This document shows positions 1 to 13,227 of a stretch of 56,657 bases of DNA, one piece after another. Where the stretch lies: NCBI GenBank assembly GCA_002104905.1, contig MCFE01000576.1, positions 1-56,657 of the forward strand. The letters are read 5' to 3'. The notes below the pieces were generated by a model. It worked only from the letters and a program-made list of their open reading frames with translations. It made no database searches and was not told the origin of the DNA. The DNA comes from Basidiobolus meristosporus CBS 931.73. Taxonomy: Eukaryota; Fungi; Basidiobolomycota. The position numbers and the translations under genes were made by a program. Positions within the stretch are counted from its first letter, which is position 1, and every line of letters begins with the position of its first letter.

Positions 1-805
1 TATGATTATTTTGTGTAGAATCCTTCTGTACTCTTTGCAACCATCTAGGCTCTACTTACATTGCAGTTGCATCTAATTTTATACCAAGCTAAATTAACAA
101 TCTGGACTGATAATTATCAAGTTATTTAGCAAGTTTATAACATTCTGCTCTTTGCATCATATTGATTCCTTCACATTGCTATATTTGGCATGGGAAGTGA
201 TTTTGTTTACCTGGGTCACTTACCATGAACCATATAGATAAGCTCTCCACCTACCTATGTATTCAGCAAATTAGCCCCTTCACACTGCATACTATACTAG
301 ATATCACAATAATCATGCTGTTTTGCATTGGCATAACAAAAATCTATTAATCGACCTAACTTAATAGTGTGACTTTGGGTTGAAATGCTACACTACATTC
401 TAGAATCAAATCTGAAGCAGTAAGGCCTTGTATTACGTACAATATGCAGCTTAGTACGCCGTCCAAATATTTCGGGAAGTCAGTTTGAAATCCTCGCGGA
501 GGAATACTCCCCTCCGTGTGTATTCAAGTTTGGTTTCACGTTTTTAGGATCCACAGTCTGCAATTGATTCCACAAATGTACTGATTATCTTCGGTATTTG
601 CAATCCAAGTTGCTTTGGATACATAAGTGGAACAGTCCAAGCCATGCCTACTAATCGAGAGACGATAGGAACCAAATGGACTTCCTTTGGCTACCAAACC
701 AACGGAGATATCTAAGAGCATGGGTAAAAAGAGATTAATAAGCGGTGACAAATCAGACGCGATATAAATACAAATGCCCATCAGTTACCTTTCATAACTT
801 CGAAA

Positions 806-1462
806 ATGTTTGCAGGCCATTTTGCTCCAGCTCTTGTCTTACATCAGTATTATCCGAACGTTTCGCCATATGTTTTTACAATTGGTGTTGGCTTCCTTGA
901 CGTATGCTTTGGAATGCTAACATATCTTGGACTTGAAGGATTTGTGCCCAACCTACAAGCCGGTCCCTTGGGCGTCGACATACATTGTAACTATAGCCAT
1001 AGCTTAGCCGGATCTGTTATATTATCACTGACCTACGGTGCCGCAACTGGCTTTTTTACACCTGGATTTTTGGCTTCCTTCTCACATTTCATTCAAGACA
1101 TGTTGGTACATAATCAAGATATGCTCTTAGACCCTGTTACAAACATTACCATTGGCGGGACGAACATGTGGAGTGCCTTACCAGCCTTTTCGTTTTATTT
1201 TGAGTTAGGTTTCTGTTTAGTTTGTGCTGCCTTCACTTCGAAAGATCAAATCACCCTTGTGGCCAATGGATTCATTCTATTCTTTCATATTGGTTCAAAG
1301 TCCAGTACACCTCAATTACTTGCCGCCGTCTTACAACTTCCTGAACCGTTACAGAGAAACTACATTGCTATTGTTATTCTCGCATCATTTATTGTACCTG
1401 GACTCATTATCGGCTACATCTTGAATTTCAGAAAAAATCAGCCCAAAAATAAGCTGAACTGA
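806..1462 (+). CDS. Intronless membrane-bound metal-dependent hydrolase-like protein (YdjM/DUF457-like, bacterial type)
   Basis: 218-aa hydrophobic ORF with the family-typical pattern MFAGHF, ..LD.., YSHSL, FSHFIQDMLVH (conserved His/Asp) and several TM-like segments; no introns. Confidence 0.65.
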   Translation: MFAGHFAPALVLHQYYPNVSPYVFTIGVGFLDVCFGMLTYLGLEGFVPNLQAGPLGVDIHCNYSHSLAGSVILSLTYGAATGFFTPGFLASFSHFIQDMLVHNQDMLLDPVTNITIGGTNMWSALPAFSFYFELGFCLVCAAFTSKDQITLVANGFILFFHIGSKSSTPQLLAAVLQLPEPLQRNYIAIVILASFIVPGLIIGYILNFRKNQPKNKLN

Positions 1463-3578
1463 ATAAAGAGTGAATTAGGCGCGTATCCAAAGAGGAGTCT
1501 TAATTGATGGCCGAAGAACGCTGCTTCCGTGTACATTCGTTAATTGCCAGTTTTTTCAAAAAACAATATGGCTTTTGTGTATCTTACTACCGGATGCACG
1601 TATTTTTATGAGGATATTTTCAAGGTAGGCAACATAATTTTTTTACCATTTCGGAGTGGATACTCGAAGGAATGATAGTGCTATTTGCCAACGTTCTTGC
1701 TCCTGATATCTGGATTCCTTCATTTCCTAGATGATGACATCATAACCTCTTCGTTGCTACGTTGTTTCATCTCTTGAATTTGCTCTCTAGACCAACGGAT
1801 TTATATACCAGGTGTGCAGGGTATGAGAACCCTGAGATCAGCTAACACTTCCTTGATAGTGCCAGAAGCCAAAGCACCATACACCAGTTGCAGAATTGAG
1901 GAAGTGCCCTCACTTGGTAATGGTGAGGCTACGCAATATGTGGATTGCCCATACTGGTGCCAGATGGCTTCTTTGTAGCAACCAAGGCACCTATTAATGC
2001 TAGATTAACCTCAGTCCCTGGGCTGGAAGCTCGAAGCATGTCCCTATTAAAAGCAGAGGACATTGGCTGGGGAGATCCTACAGGCATCTTGACTTTCATT
2101 TTCAACAGCATAAAGCAAGCGCCGGCTCTCACAGTTGGTCTCACCACTCGAACTGATTCTTGCTGCTAACACGAACAAATCAAATTGCTAAACTTCGATT
2201 TGTACATACAGCATTCATAGGGATATTGAATTGTTGGCACTTCAGGCTTATATGTTTAGGAAAATGCCAGAACAGGCTGTGCTTACTCAACACTGGCTAT
2301 ACAGAATGTAAAGCCTGCTCCAAAAGGGACCGGGGCATATACATAATGTATGATTGATGGTGTAAACCCGAATAAAAATGGAAAGTCCGCACTGCAGAGA
2401 CGAAAATCTTATATTACGGCCAAAGACCCAATTGTTATACAAAAACTGGTCGGGATCCAGGTTTCAATACCAGCTCTAACGGTTTAGATGTAATAATAAG
2501 CATATTGGCTAATACTGGGTATCATCCAGAAGACGCTATAATGTTTAACAAATCATCTATGGAATTGGTTCGCTTTAGTGGTGCGAGATGGGATACTTCA
2601 GAAGTAGTTAAATACAAGGGCATGACCAGGCCTTAGATTAAATTTCCATAGTTTGAGTCAAAGAATCCTACTATATTGTTGTATACAAGTCTCTTGAGCT
2701 AGCACTAATTTGTTGAGTATCAGTGCATAACAATGAAAATCATATTTAATGTTGCCTCCTCAATACCTTGGCATATACACTCCGATTGAGTATACCCATT
2801 CCAAGTCCGTCTATTTGGTGGGCAGAAGCAGTGTATCAAGTATACAAACGCAAACCTGAATCTCCAGTCACTATGCAAATCCCGTGTGATTTTGGGATTG
2901 TTATTGTGGCATTCTCCGTCTTAGAAATATGACCAAGTTATCACCAGCTCAAATGGCCCAGTAATCACTTACATCTTGATGTGAGAAGTTGGCGTACCGA
3001 AACCTGCATGTACACTTTGAAATGAGGCTGCTAATGAATAACTTGATACTAACCCCTCCCTCTGTTACAAATTGGAATTGACAACAATCTAATCAGGATG
3101 CTCATCAGCAAAATTGATCTTCACCGGTCATATTATGACCACTTCCCAGAGTATAAAAATAGACCTGGGGTTAGTATAATAACCAACCAGTCTGCCAATA
3201 TTGCCTAACCAAAATACACGCGTGAACCATAGCAGATAACTCCGAAATACACTACATAGTAGCCAGGCGTGATAATGAAGCCTATTATATCACAGCTAAT
3301 TAGTAAAGACTTGTACGTAATATCCCAGCGAAAATATTGACATTGACAATAGCTGTCTAGGCGAATCTACGCTGGATTACTAAGGTGATCTAATCTTCAA
3401 CTATGTCAGATATCTCCTTGTCAAGTGCTAGTGTGTAGGCTATATATGATTTAGCTGCTTTCCAGACAACTGCTACATTTTGACATTTAAAAAGATGAAC
3501 TGATAACTAAGACTCAAGCTCACAAAATGTAGAATGCTTTTCAAGTGGCGTGCTGTTCAAAAGTGTGCCAAAATCTAG

Positions 3579-3650
3579 GGGCTCAACCGGGAATTGAACC
3601 CGGGACCTCCTCGACCCGAACGAGGAATCATACTACTAGACCATTGAGCC
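3579..3650 (-). tRNA. tRNA-Pro, anticodon CGG
   Basis: Minus strand GGCTCAATGGTCTAGTAGTATGATTCCTCGTTCGGGTCGAGGAGGTCCCGGGTTCAATTCCCGGTTGAGCCC: acceptor stem GGCTCAA/TTGAGCC, anticodon stem CCTCG/CGAGG with loop TT-CGG-GT, T arm CCGGG-TTCAATT-CCCGG. Confidence 0.93.
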
Positions 3651-4393
3651 GAACATATGTACATTTTGTTGACATCAAATCACTGGAAATCTCCTGATCG
3701 AACACTTCTTGGATCTAGTGTAGATAAATTCCAAGTTCTAATTTTGTTCTTGGTTAATTTATGCTGTGTGCTTGGTGTTGGTGATGATTCTTAGATGTGG
3801 ATGGCTCAACAACAACATTCTGATTGTATTTTGGCTGCGATCGTGTAAATTATATACTCATGTTGACTATTTCTTTACAAGGCACGCATAACGTTATCAA
3901 GCCTTTTTACCTGAAATCTTCACTATAAAAGCCCAGTAACATTTACACGGAAGAGCAACACACTTCGATATCACTTGAAACCCTTTTGCTTCCAATCCAC
4001 CACTGCTTCAATTCACAACCTTCTGCTATAGGCCTTCTTATAGCCATAGTGCTAAAGAATGGGGCGATTGTGATTAGATTATTCTTTTTCTTGGTAGTAT
4101 GTCTTCGATGGCTGAAATGTGACATCCGAAATGGACGGATTCATAGACACCCTACTTTAGTTCGGGTTTGGTGCCTATGCCTTGTATTTTCCTTTTGCTC
4201 GGAGTTTGGCAAGCCAGCAATCTCAGGCATCACAAAGTTGAAATATAGGCTTTCATCGAGCTATCACTAACTCTCACACTAATATACGAGACCAAAAAAA
4301 TTAAACATTCGTAACCAAGTTTGGTTTACTGGCTATTTATTAACAATATATAATAAAGTATCGTACAAGGCAAAAAGAAAAACGCTGAATAAC

Positions 4394-4735
4394 TTATTTG
4401 GCGGAAGTGTATTTGGTAACAGCCTTGGTACCTTCGGACACGGCATGCTTAGCCAATTCACCAGGAAGAAGCAATCTAACTGCAGTTTGGATTTCGCGGG
4501 ATGAAATAGTGCTCTTCTTGTTATATGCAGCAAGCTTGGAAGCCTCTTCAGCAACTCTCTCAAAGATATCGACCACGAAGGAGTTCATGATAGACATAGC
4601 CTTGTTGGAAATTCCAGTATCGGGATGGACTTGCTTCAAAACCTTATAGATGTAGGAAGCGTACGACTCCTTACGAGAAGTCTTCTTGCTCTTCACTTCC
4701 TTCTTGTCAGTGGTGGGTGCGTCTTTGGGGGCCAT
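4394..4735 (-). CDS. HTB: Histone H2B
   Basis: [33 protein letters not shown]...[32 protein letters not shown]; intronless; upstream TATA-like element near 4785. Confidence 0.98.
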   Translation of the reverse strand: MAPKDAPTTDKKEVKSKKTSRKESYASYIYKVLKQVHPDTGISNKAMSIMNSFVVDIFERVAEEASKLAAYNKKSTISSREIQTAVRLLLPGELAKHAVSEGTKAVTKYTSAK

Positions 4736-4801
4736 TGTTGGATAAACTTGAAGCTTGATGCTGGATGAATAAGCTGCAACCGCCTTATATATCTATCCGT
4801 T

Positions 4802-4844
4802 TCACGCGCTTGTGCGTAAATTAGAACGCGTCGAAAGCGCGTGA
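4802..4844. promoter_or_regulatory. Symmetric CGCG-element cluster in the H2B/neurochondrin bidirectional promoter (MCB-like)
   Basis: 10-bp inverted repeat TCACGCGCTT (4802-4811) / AAGCGCGTGA (4835-4844) flanking a perfect ACGCGT (4826-4831). Confidence 0.5.
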
Positions 4845-5102
4845 TTTTGATTCCAAATCGAATTTAGATTAAGATTATGGAAAGAATGGATTTGGATTTC
4901 GTGAAATTTCGACTATTTCTTTTTTTTGGTGTGGATGTCTAATTGTCTTGATCATGATTCACTCAAGGTTGTCGTCCTATTGAGGTTAGGCCACTCTTGA
5001 TTAAATGATTCTTGATTGAGAGAAAAAAAATTCTTTTTCACTTCACTAGTATTAACTAATGTCAACAGCGGAAACGTTCCGTGTTTGAAGGTTTCAAGTA
5101 TT

Positions 5103-7247
5103 ATGAATGCTACCATCTCCCAACAACTCGAGCAATGCTTAGAATTAATAAAGCCACATACAAGTGATGAATCAAAATTTGCAGGTTTACTGCTCATACC
5201 TCGTATCTTGAAACCTGACGATGTAGCTGCCTTGGAGGCAGTATTTGACGCGATCGATTTCAAATTCTTAGAGCGTCTTTTGAGAACAAGTAGGGAATTC
5301 CCACCTTGCTTATGCTTGGGTTCCACGTCACGTATTGACCTTATGTATTCTACCTGCAGAAAAGAATGCACCCGAGGAAACAGAGGCCATGGCTTCAATT
5401 GCTGTAAACATCTTATCCAGCTTTACAATCAGTAGCGATCTCACTTGTAGAAGAGAATTTGTGAATTGTATTCCAGCTTTGATGAAGACACTCTTATCAA
5501 GGTATGGTCTGCTCTACGATCGATTCTGCCGAACATGGTTTCGCCGCATTCCAATCAACACTGACCGTTCTTTTGATTAGCCGAGCTATCGAAACAAGGA
5601 TGGAAATCCTCAAGATATTATTTAAATTGTCAGAAGGGTTTGAAGGTCTTGAGGTGATACTGGACAAGTACAACTTCGACTGCATACTTCAACTTTACGA
5701 GTTGTCGGAGGATGAGGAGAATGGTAAATGCCCCCTTGAGCAGGTGTATTTCTGTCTGGACTTGACATCTAAGGTGCCTCATTGTTAATTGTAGCGAGTA
5801 TCCAGGCGCTTGGGCTCAAATTGATCAATTTTTGTATTGCACAATGGACCGAGTTTGTGTACTACCAGAAGGTTGCCAATGACATACAGCTGAAGAACAC
5901 TCTTCTGGAGACGCTGCCACTTGTTCTTCAGACACTAAGTGAGAAGTATCAGAAGCGCCATGACAAAACCAAGTTCGAGATTTTAGATGCGCTCATTCAG
6001 TTGCTCGAGGTGGCTCCTCAGGAGGTAAGTTCAACAGAGTTCTCGCCTTAATTGAGTTGGAGGCAAGCAGTACTGACCCGTATGGATTAGTTCACTAGGT
6101 CTATCAGTAGAAGCACTACCAGCTTTCGCACTTGGACGAGCTCCATCTCACTCGCCACTAAAGATGTTCTTAGTCATAAACATGGTCAGCACCTTAAAGC
6201 CTACCTACGAATTGACCGAATTCCTAACGCCTAATTTATAGCATCCAAATCAAAGGAGAATGGGTTGAAGCTGATAGCGCTGATGTTACGCCACTTTGGG
6301 TGGGATTGGCTATTCTGTGAATTCCAGGACGACCATATCAAGAGGCAAGAAAAAGAAAAATTCGCCGCATTGGTGGTTGAGCTAGCCTGCATCGAAATCA
6401 ACGTGCGTCTTGATGAGCTCTCGCAGGAATCGGTCACTCTAAAGGATCTCGAAGGAGAGGAGCATGGAGCTGTCATCGACTCGTACGAGATACTCGAGAA
6501 AGTCATCTCCTTTCTATCAAGCTACATCCAGAATGAGGAGGAAAACGATACCCAACACATCCCTATATTCTCGAACGAGTCCATTCTAAAGCTGCACACT
6601 TCTTTGAAATCAACCTTCTCGACTATTCTCGAATTTGTCCTGTTGAAGCAGGTACGGATATTGTTACTCATACGTATCCCGCGCTATACTAATGGTTCAT
6701 CCAGGCCGATTTCCCATCTTCGAAATTCTTGGAGAACACTTTTTTGTTGGCAACTATCCGTGTGTACGCCTCATGGCTAGCTGAAGATGATTCGCTGCAC
6801 AAGGATACAGCAGAAATGCTAGGCTTGCTAATTGACGTTGCACGTTTAAGGTTAGTTCGGTCTGTTTGGCTTCGCCTAACCATGAGAAACCCCTCTGATC
6901 CTTGTTTGAAATCTCCTTGTTACAGCGACTCTAGCAAAGAAATTGTACCGCTGTTGTTCCTTTGTCCGGCATTTTTATATATGACCGAGTCCCCGGAGAT
7001 TAATGAGAAGTTTGTCTCGCTAGGAGGGCCTCGCATGGTTGTTGAGAATCTAATTCACACCTTTGACGAGCAGAAAAATAGCATGTCGAAGAACCACCTA
7101 GCGAATTTACTTTATCCATATGTACAACTACTGTATAATATTGAGTCCCCAAATAGTTTCCCCTTCTATAGCGACACCGAGAAAGAGACGTTCTCTCGCA
7201 TCATGGAATTCACCAAAGAGAAGTTTGGTGACGGCGCTTTCCATTGA
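5103..7247 (+). CDS. Neurochondrin-family (NCDN) ARM-repeat protein, multi-exon; 3' end uncertain (a further intron could extend it to about 7330)
   Basis: N-terminal DESKFAGLLLIPRIL...VFDAIDFKFLERLL motif typical of neurochondrin; later exons LRHFGWDW and LLATIRVYASWLAED; GT-AG introns, e.g. donors at about 5291, 5501, 6024, 6185, 6652, 6851. Confidence 0.75.
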
Positions 7248-7454
7248 ACCACTTCGCATCTCTCAACTATTTTCGCAGGACGGATCGACTGTCCCCAATT
7301 TATTGTGACATGTAGATGGGTAGGCTTATAAATTTACGAGTAGTTGCTGAAATCCACGAAGGTCTAGCGCGTGAGAGGAAATTAAAAAACCTGATTAAGC
7401 CAGAGGGTGCTCTATGATGCTTGTAACTGTACGTAAGGTGAACCAAGAAATAAA

Positions 7455-10400
7455 TCACATGCTACCAATCATATCCATTAGCCAAGGATTGCTGTCGACT
7501 TGGGCTTGATACTGTTGCTTCAGGCGATCCACTTGTTTTTTGATCTCATCAGCACCGAGATTTTGAAGTTCGGTTATCTTTCCGAAGTCTGTCATTATCT
7601 GTTCAATCAGTTTGGATCCTTTCTGTACGTCTTCTTTGCGATGCTTCGTCTTGGGTGCTTCCGTATTTTCCTCTTCAAAGTCTTCCAACTCGATAGCTTT
7701 GCGTTTGGCAAGCTATGGGCAGCAAAATACAAGTGGTGTGAACATTGGCTGACATAAAAGACAAATATGCTCTCCCAAAATCTTACGTTAACTACAGTGC
7801 TTGGGAAGTTCGCCAGCTCGGCCACGTGAATACCAAAGCTTTGATCACACACTCCTGGATTAACTTTGTAGAGTAACGTGATCTCACGCGTTCCATTGAT
7901 CTTTCCTAAATGAGCGGTGACATGGAGGTTTTTCACGCTCTCCACTTGATTGGAGAGCGCGGTTAGTTCGTGGAAATGTGTAGCGAACAAACAGAAGCAG
8001 CGGATTTGAGTTGCAATGAACCTAGCAACACGAGTTAGCAGATGGCTATTGGTTATACCTGAGATGTGACCTTACTCAGAGATGGACCATGCCAAACCAA
8101 AGCCATCATAGGTGCTTGTACCGCGTCCAAGCTCATCAACAATGATCAAGGAATCGCGAGTTGCTGATTTTAGAATGGATGCCGTTTCAAGCATCTCGGC
8201 CATAAACGTTGAAACACCCTGTTTGTGAAGACATCTAAGGTTAACAGCAATTCAGAAGTCAATCATGTATCATGTAGCCAACCTTAAGTTGACTATCGCC
8301 TGCACCAACGCGAGCCAATATGCAGTCAAATATGGGGACTTCCGCTTCATCGCATGGTACAAAGCAGCCAATCTGAGCCATCAAAACTACCACCCCGATC
8401 TAGATGGGAATCCATAATGAGTATCATTGCTTTTCGAACAAAAGATCCATTTACTCACTTGTCTAATATATGTAGATTTACCACCCATGTTGGGTCCAGT
8501 GATAATTTGGAATTCACTCTGTTTCCGAATAATTTCCACATCGTTAGGGATGAACGAAACGTCATCCTGCATTTCAAGGCATGGGTGACGTGCACTTCTT
8601 AAAACAAGGTTTCCTTGGCCTTTGCATGAATTGTTAGTGCTAGTAGGATACTAGATGCATAGGCTATAATCAAACCTTTAGGGAATAGTTTGGGCTTGAT
8701 ATATGGAATTGGCGCATGGGCGGAGACATGGGCAAAGCTAGACAGAGGAATGATTCAATACCGATTAAATAAAGGATTGGCAGGATTAACATAGATACCT
8801 AACAAGAACATCTAGATGTGCAAGTAAACCATTGAGAACCTCGAGAATAGGGAAGTAGGATGCTTAAACCGAAAGCAGTTAATAACAGGGATTAGTGTTG
8901 TTGTAGGTACAATGTCTTCACTTACCAACAATTCCGATAACCTCCTTCACCAAAGCAGATTGAGTCCGATCGTATTCTTCTGAAAGATCGCGAATCTTTT
9001 CGCTCATTTCTCGCATCTTGGGAGTAGTAAATAGAACTCCGCTACGTTGTGTGGAGAGTTCAATGCATTGTGACGATTTGTTCCGCAAGACGGACGCTTC
9101 CTGATAACCGAGTTATAAATTAATTTAAGAAAGAGGACCCGTATGCCGTGGTGGCACTTACTGTACGAGTAATCCGGAAGCAGTAGCCGTACAATGTGCT
9201 TTTCTCTAATTTTAATTTTTTCTCAATTTCCAACCCGAGATTGGCGCCCACCTATAACTCACGGATTAGAATTGCAACCTAGTGTCCAAACTAAATGAAT
9301 ACATACTCGTTCGTGCTCTATTGGCAACCCAGCCATAACTTTGTCGAGCTTCTCTCGTAGATCTAATTTGCATATGTAAGGTAGGTTAGTATATGTTCAC
9401 ATGACAGATCTCCATTGTGGAAACAACCTTTGAGAGTATCGTCGAAATCCGGCTTGATGACATATTCATGATAGTCAACACGGTCCAAATCAATAGTAGT
9501 CTCGATCATTTCCTGCAGTTTGGAAAGATCCTCAACATATCCCTTTCATAATGGGCTTAATATATGCCTAGGGATGCATGAAGAATCAATGATTTGAATA
9601 CCCTTAGCTTGGTTGTGTAGATTTTGTTGACCAATTCTGCATGGCTTTCCTCAGCGAATTCGGTATTTTCAATCAAATCCAGTAGGCTCGGTAGTCGAAT
9701 CAACACCTGGTAGATACGAACAACATCCTAATATCGGAGATTCAATTATAGGCTCGAAATTTATATTGATTGGTAGCTATCAAATTACCTGCAGATGTGC
9801 ACTTCCTCTTTGGAATCTTTTTGCCAATCGATGCAAGTCCGGAACTTTGCACAGATGCTCTTCCTGTTAAAGTGGACAGGTTAATTAAGCTGTATGGTAT
9901 TTCATAATAAATAGGCCTACTTGAAGTGACTGTCGAAATTCATTGCTCTCGGTCAAAACCTCAACCAACTGTTGCCGTTGCTCTGTGTAATAGAATTTTC
10001 CGTTAGCTTATGTCGTAGAGTGACTTCAAGTAAGCAGCTTTGCCTATTTCTTTGATTTCCAACAGCGGTTGTTTGAGCCATTGTGCCAACAGTCGAGCTC
10101 CTTGAGCAGTTTTACATTTGTTTAAAACACCGAAAACGCTCATAGTTTTGTTGTAACCTAAAGCCAGTCAAATTAAGAGGATGTCACGTAAAGGCATTGA
10201 TGTGGTATGAAATATACCATCTTGCACTCCTGGCATCAAGTTCAATGCTCTCAAGGCTGAAGCGTCAAGCTTCATGTATTGAGAAAGATCATGTTGGCGC
10301 AGAGTATAGTTGCCGAAATTTGTATCGTCATTCAAAAGCTAGCAATAGAGAGTAATGGGTCAACCATTGAACAAAAGTATTGTGTAGAAGAGGCAACTTA

Positions 10401-11591
10401 CTGATAAGTATTTAATGATACAAGCGACCGCTCCCATGGCTTGCTTGAGTTCGAATTCGGCTGCAGATAAAATAATTAGATGAAATATAGTCAACAATTA
10501 TATGCTAAACAACTAACGCATAGAAGTAAGTGGGGTCTCTTCATCCAACAATCTATTCAAGTCTTGCTCAACATCCTTGGTTTGATAATACGCTAATGGA
10601 AGATATATAAGCTGGGTGTCCGAAAATGGCATTGCATGCTTTGACTTCACCTTTTTTACACTCAGTGATTACAATTCCACATCTATTTAGCACTGATGTG
10701 AGCTTTCCGATTTCATAAGCATTTGCCTTATCGGTTTCCGGGATCAAACACTCTTTGACACCTATTTGTATGACCAAGGACTTCACCGAAATTTAACCTA
10801 CACTTGCTTTATGGTTGGAACTCATTGAATATTAGACGTATACAAACCTCAAAATTTGAGAACAATTCGTTGTCAATAAATTCAGACACACCAAGTTCAC
10901 GAACGGTGGTGTCAGCAAAGGCGACGCCAACAAACTATGAAATAATGAATAAAATGGCTGTGAAAATTGAAGCTGCTGTCAGAAACTTACCTTCTGCCCA
11001 TCCTTTTGGGTGACTTTAACCGCCAAAACGACCGGTGAAGCTGATATTTCGTTATTTACAAACAATAAATCTTCCACATCTTGTAAATTTCCGGGAGAGG
11101 CCTGAATCATGTGCATATAAGTAACGAGTGTAACTGAAAGATACCACTCCCATCCAGTACTTGCCTTTTTCCCCAGTTTCCAGCCGAAGGTAGACTTTTT
11201 ATCAGGGACCCAAATTTCGAATCGAAGTTGTTTTGTCATGAGGCCATCTCTTAAAAAGGTCTCGGTGTTGAGTTTGGATAATGTACAACTGGGAAGGCCC
11301 TCCCCAGAACCAAGATACTTTATGACCGATGAAGTTTTGTAAATTTCTCGAGAGACGTAAAGCGCATCTTCACCGTGAACGCTATAGAAATCACCACCGT
11401 TTCGTTCAAAGATACGGATCACCCCAGAATTTGCATCACCTAAACTACGATAAAACTGGCAAAAGCCAGTCTCGGATTTGTTGTCTATGAAAAAGGAAGA
11501 GTGAGAATGATATAAATCTATGTGGCCGGATGCTAGAACTAGTTCAAATACCAAGTTCCAGTGCAGGTCTATCTTTTGTAGAAGCAGCCAT
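7455..11591 (-). CDS. MSH2: DNA mismatch repair MutS homolog 2, multi-exon
   Basis: ATG 11591 ([13 protein letters not shown], then intron); [33 protein letters not shown] (Walker A), [40 protein letters not shown]. Confidence 0.96.
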
Positions 11592-12005
11592 TTTCTTAAC
11601 TTGTGTGAGTACAAAGCGGATCAGTACAAGAGAAAGCTATTAAAACTGTCAGCCTAGGGCAATCGCCCGAAAGTAGCTACCAATTTGTTTATTACCGATT
11701 CATTTTTTGTTATGATTTTGAATATTGTTTATGAAATATTAGCATGATCAAAATATTGAAAATGCCGCAGCCGAAACCACACCGTAATCTCCTTACATCT
11801 AGTATTTCCAACCAGCCAATACCAATTCAATCGAGAAGACAGCTCTGCGGCTTTGATTAACCACCATATGGATACATGCTTAACTCTAACATTGAGGTGC
11901 TGAGCAGTGGGAATGTTAACAATGCTTGTGAATGAATTTTGATTATTTATTTGAATGATGACACATTGGAACCAGGAACACCTCAAGTCCATACATGGAG
12001 ATGCT

Positions 12006-12724
12006 TTAGTTCTTGTAGCCACGGCTAGCACGACGACCTCTAGCACGCTCGAACTTGCGGCCCTTAGAGCGAACATAGGGCTTGGCATGGCTCTTGGGAA
12101 CACCAGCAGCACCGAAGTGCTTAACGGCCTCACGAGAGTTCTTGGGGCCTCTCAAAAGGACGGTATTGGCACCAGTAGGAGCACGGAGAGCCAATTGGTC
12201 GAAGGTGATAATTTCACCACCAGCCTTCAAAATTCTAGCACGAGCAGTCTTGGTAACACGAAGAGCGCAGACAGAGAGCTTGGGGACTTCCAAAAGACGC
12301 TCATCATCGGTGACAGTGCCAACAATAACGGCAATCTTGCCCTCTTTACCCTTGACGTAACGGGCCAAACGAGAGATAGAAAGAGGAGGTCTGTTAACGC
12401 GGGACATAAAAAGACGCTTGAGGATAACCTTGTTGAACTTGGCATCAGTACGACGAGCAAGGAATCTATACAGCTTCACCAACAATCTAAGGTAGACATC
12501 TTGGCTGCGGGGCTCAGTTCTGTTGCCATTCTTAACGTGGTGCTTCTTAATATCGATACCCTGAGGGAGAAGAAAGGAATAAGCATGTGGTTTATATGTT
12601 TACGATGAGTAGGCGTAGAATCTAGAGCTAAATCGGTCTGTTATTTGCATCCATCCATTGTGGAGTTTTCACAGATTTGAACTAAGCCTGCCTCCTACTA
12701 TACAACTATATCAATACCAACCAT
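12006..12724 (-). CDS. RPL18: 60S ribosomal protein L18 (eL18); probable ATG-only exon 1 at 12722-12724, intron 12561-12721
   Basis: [10 protein letters not shown]...[33 protein letters not shown]...[16 protein letters not shown]; acceptor CAG at 12563-12561; exon 1 placement inferred from ATG|GTTGGT. Confidence 0.95.
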
Positions 12725-13227
12725 GTCGAAAAATGTCCCTAGGGAAAATGGAAAGAGAAAGAATACTCATGTCATTTCGAGAATCTTTTATTATTCTGAA
12801 AAATATTTCCTATACTGAGAGCCCGAGTCAGATATTTTCCTGAAAAAATCTTCCAAAATCAGTGACAATCCCTACGGTAAACTCCCCCCATTCGAGACAC
12901 ACCGCAGGCTGATTCAGATGGTCCATTGGAACCTCAGCTGGTTGATGTTGCCAACTACCAACGCCAATCACACTCCACCTCTCCCACATTGGATGATTTA
13001 CTCAACCAGCATCCATATGTTGAAACCGAAATCCCAAATGTAATATTTCGATCCACTGGAATGACTACTTTTTCGTTCAGGAATGGTTCGACCAGCTAAA
13101 TGTGTGACTACCGAATGCCAAAGAACACCTGTGGAAACAGCTTGCAAATGATGGATATATATATTTATTTACAGGTGCACCAAGAAAAGCGTAAACCAGT
13201 CCTTGAAACCAGAAGTAATCGCATGAA

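Noticed and set aside
4398-4649. 83-aa plus-strand ORF over H2B
   Set aside because: Antisense shadow of the histone CDS
8645-8651. GTATCCT (U12-type donor-like) in MSH2
   Set aside because: It lies inside an ordinary GT-AG intron, not at an exon boundary; no U12 intron found
11955-12608. 217-aa plus-strand ORF
   Set aside because: Antisense shadow of RPL18, caused by strong codon bias
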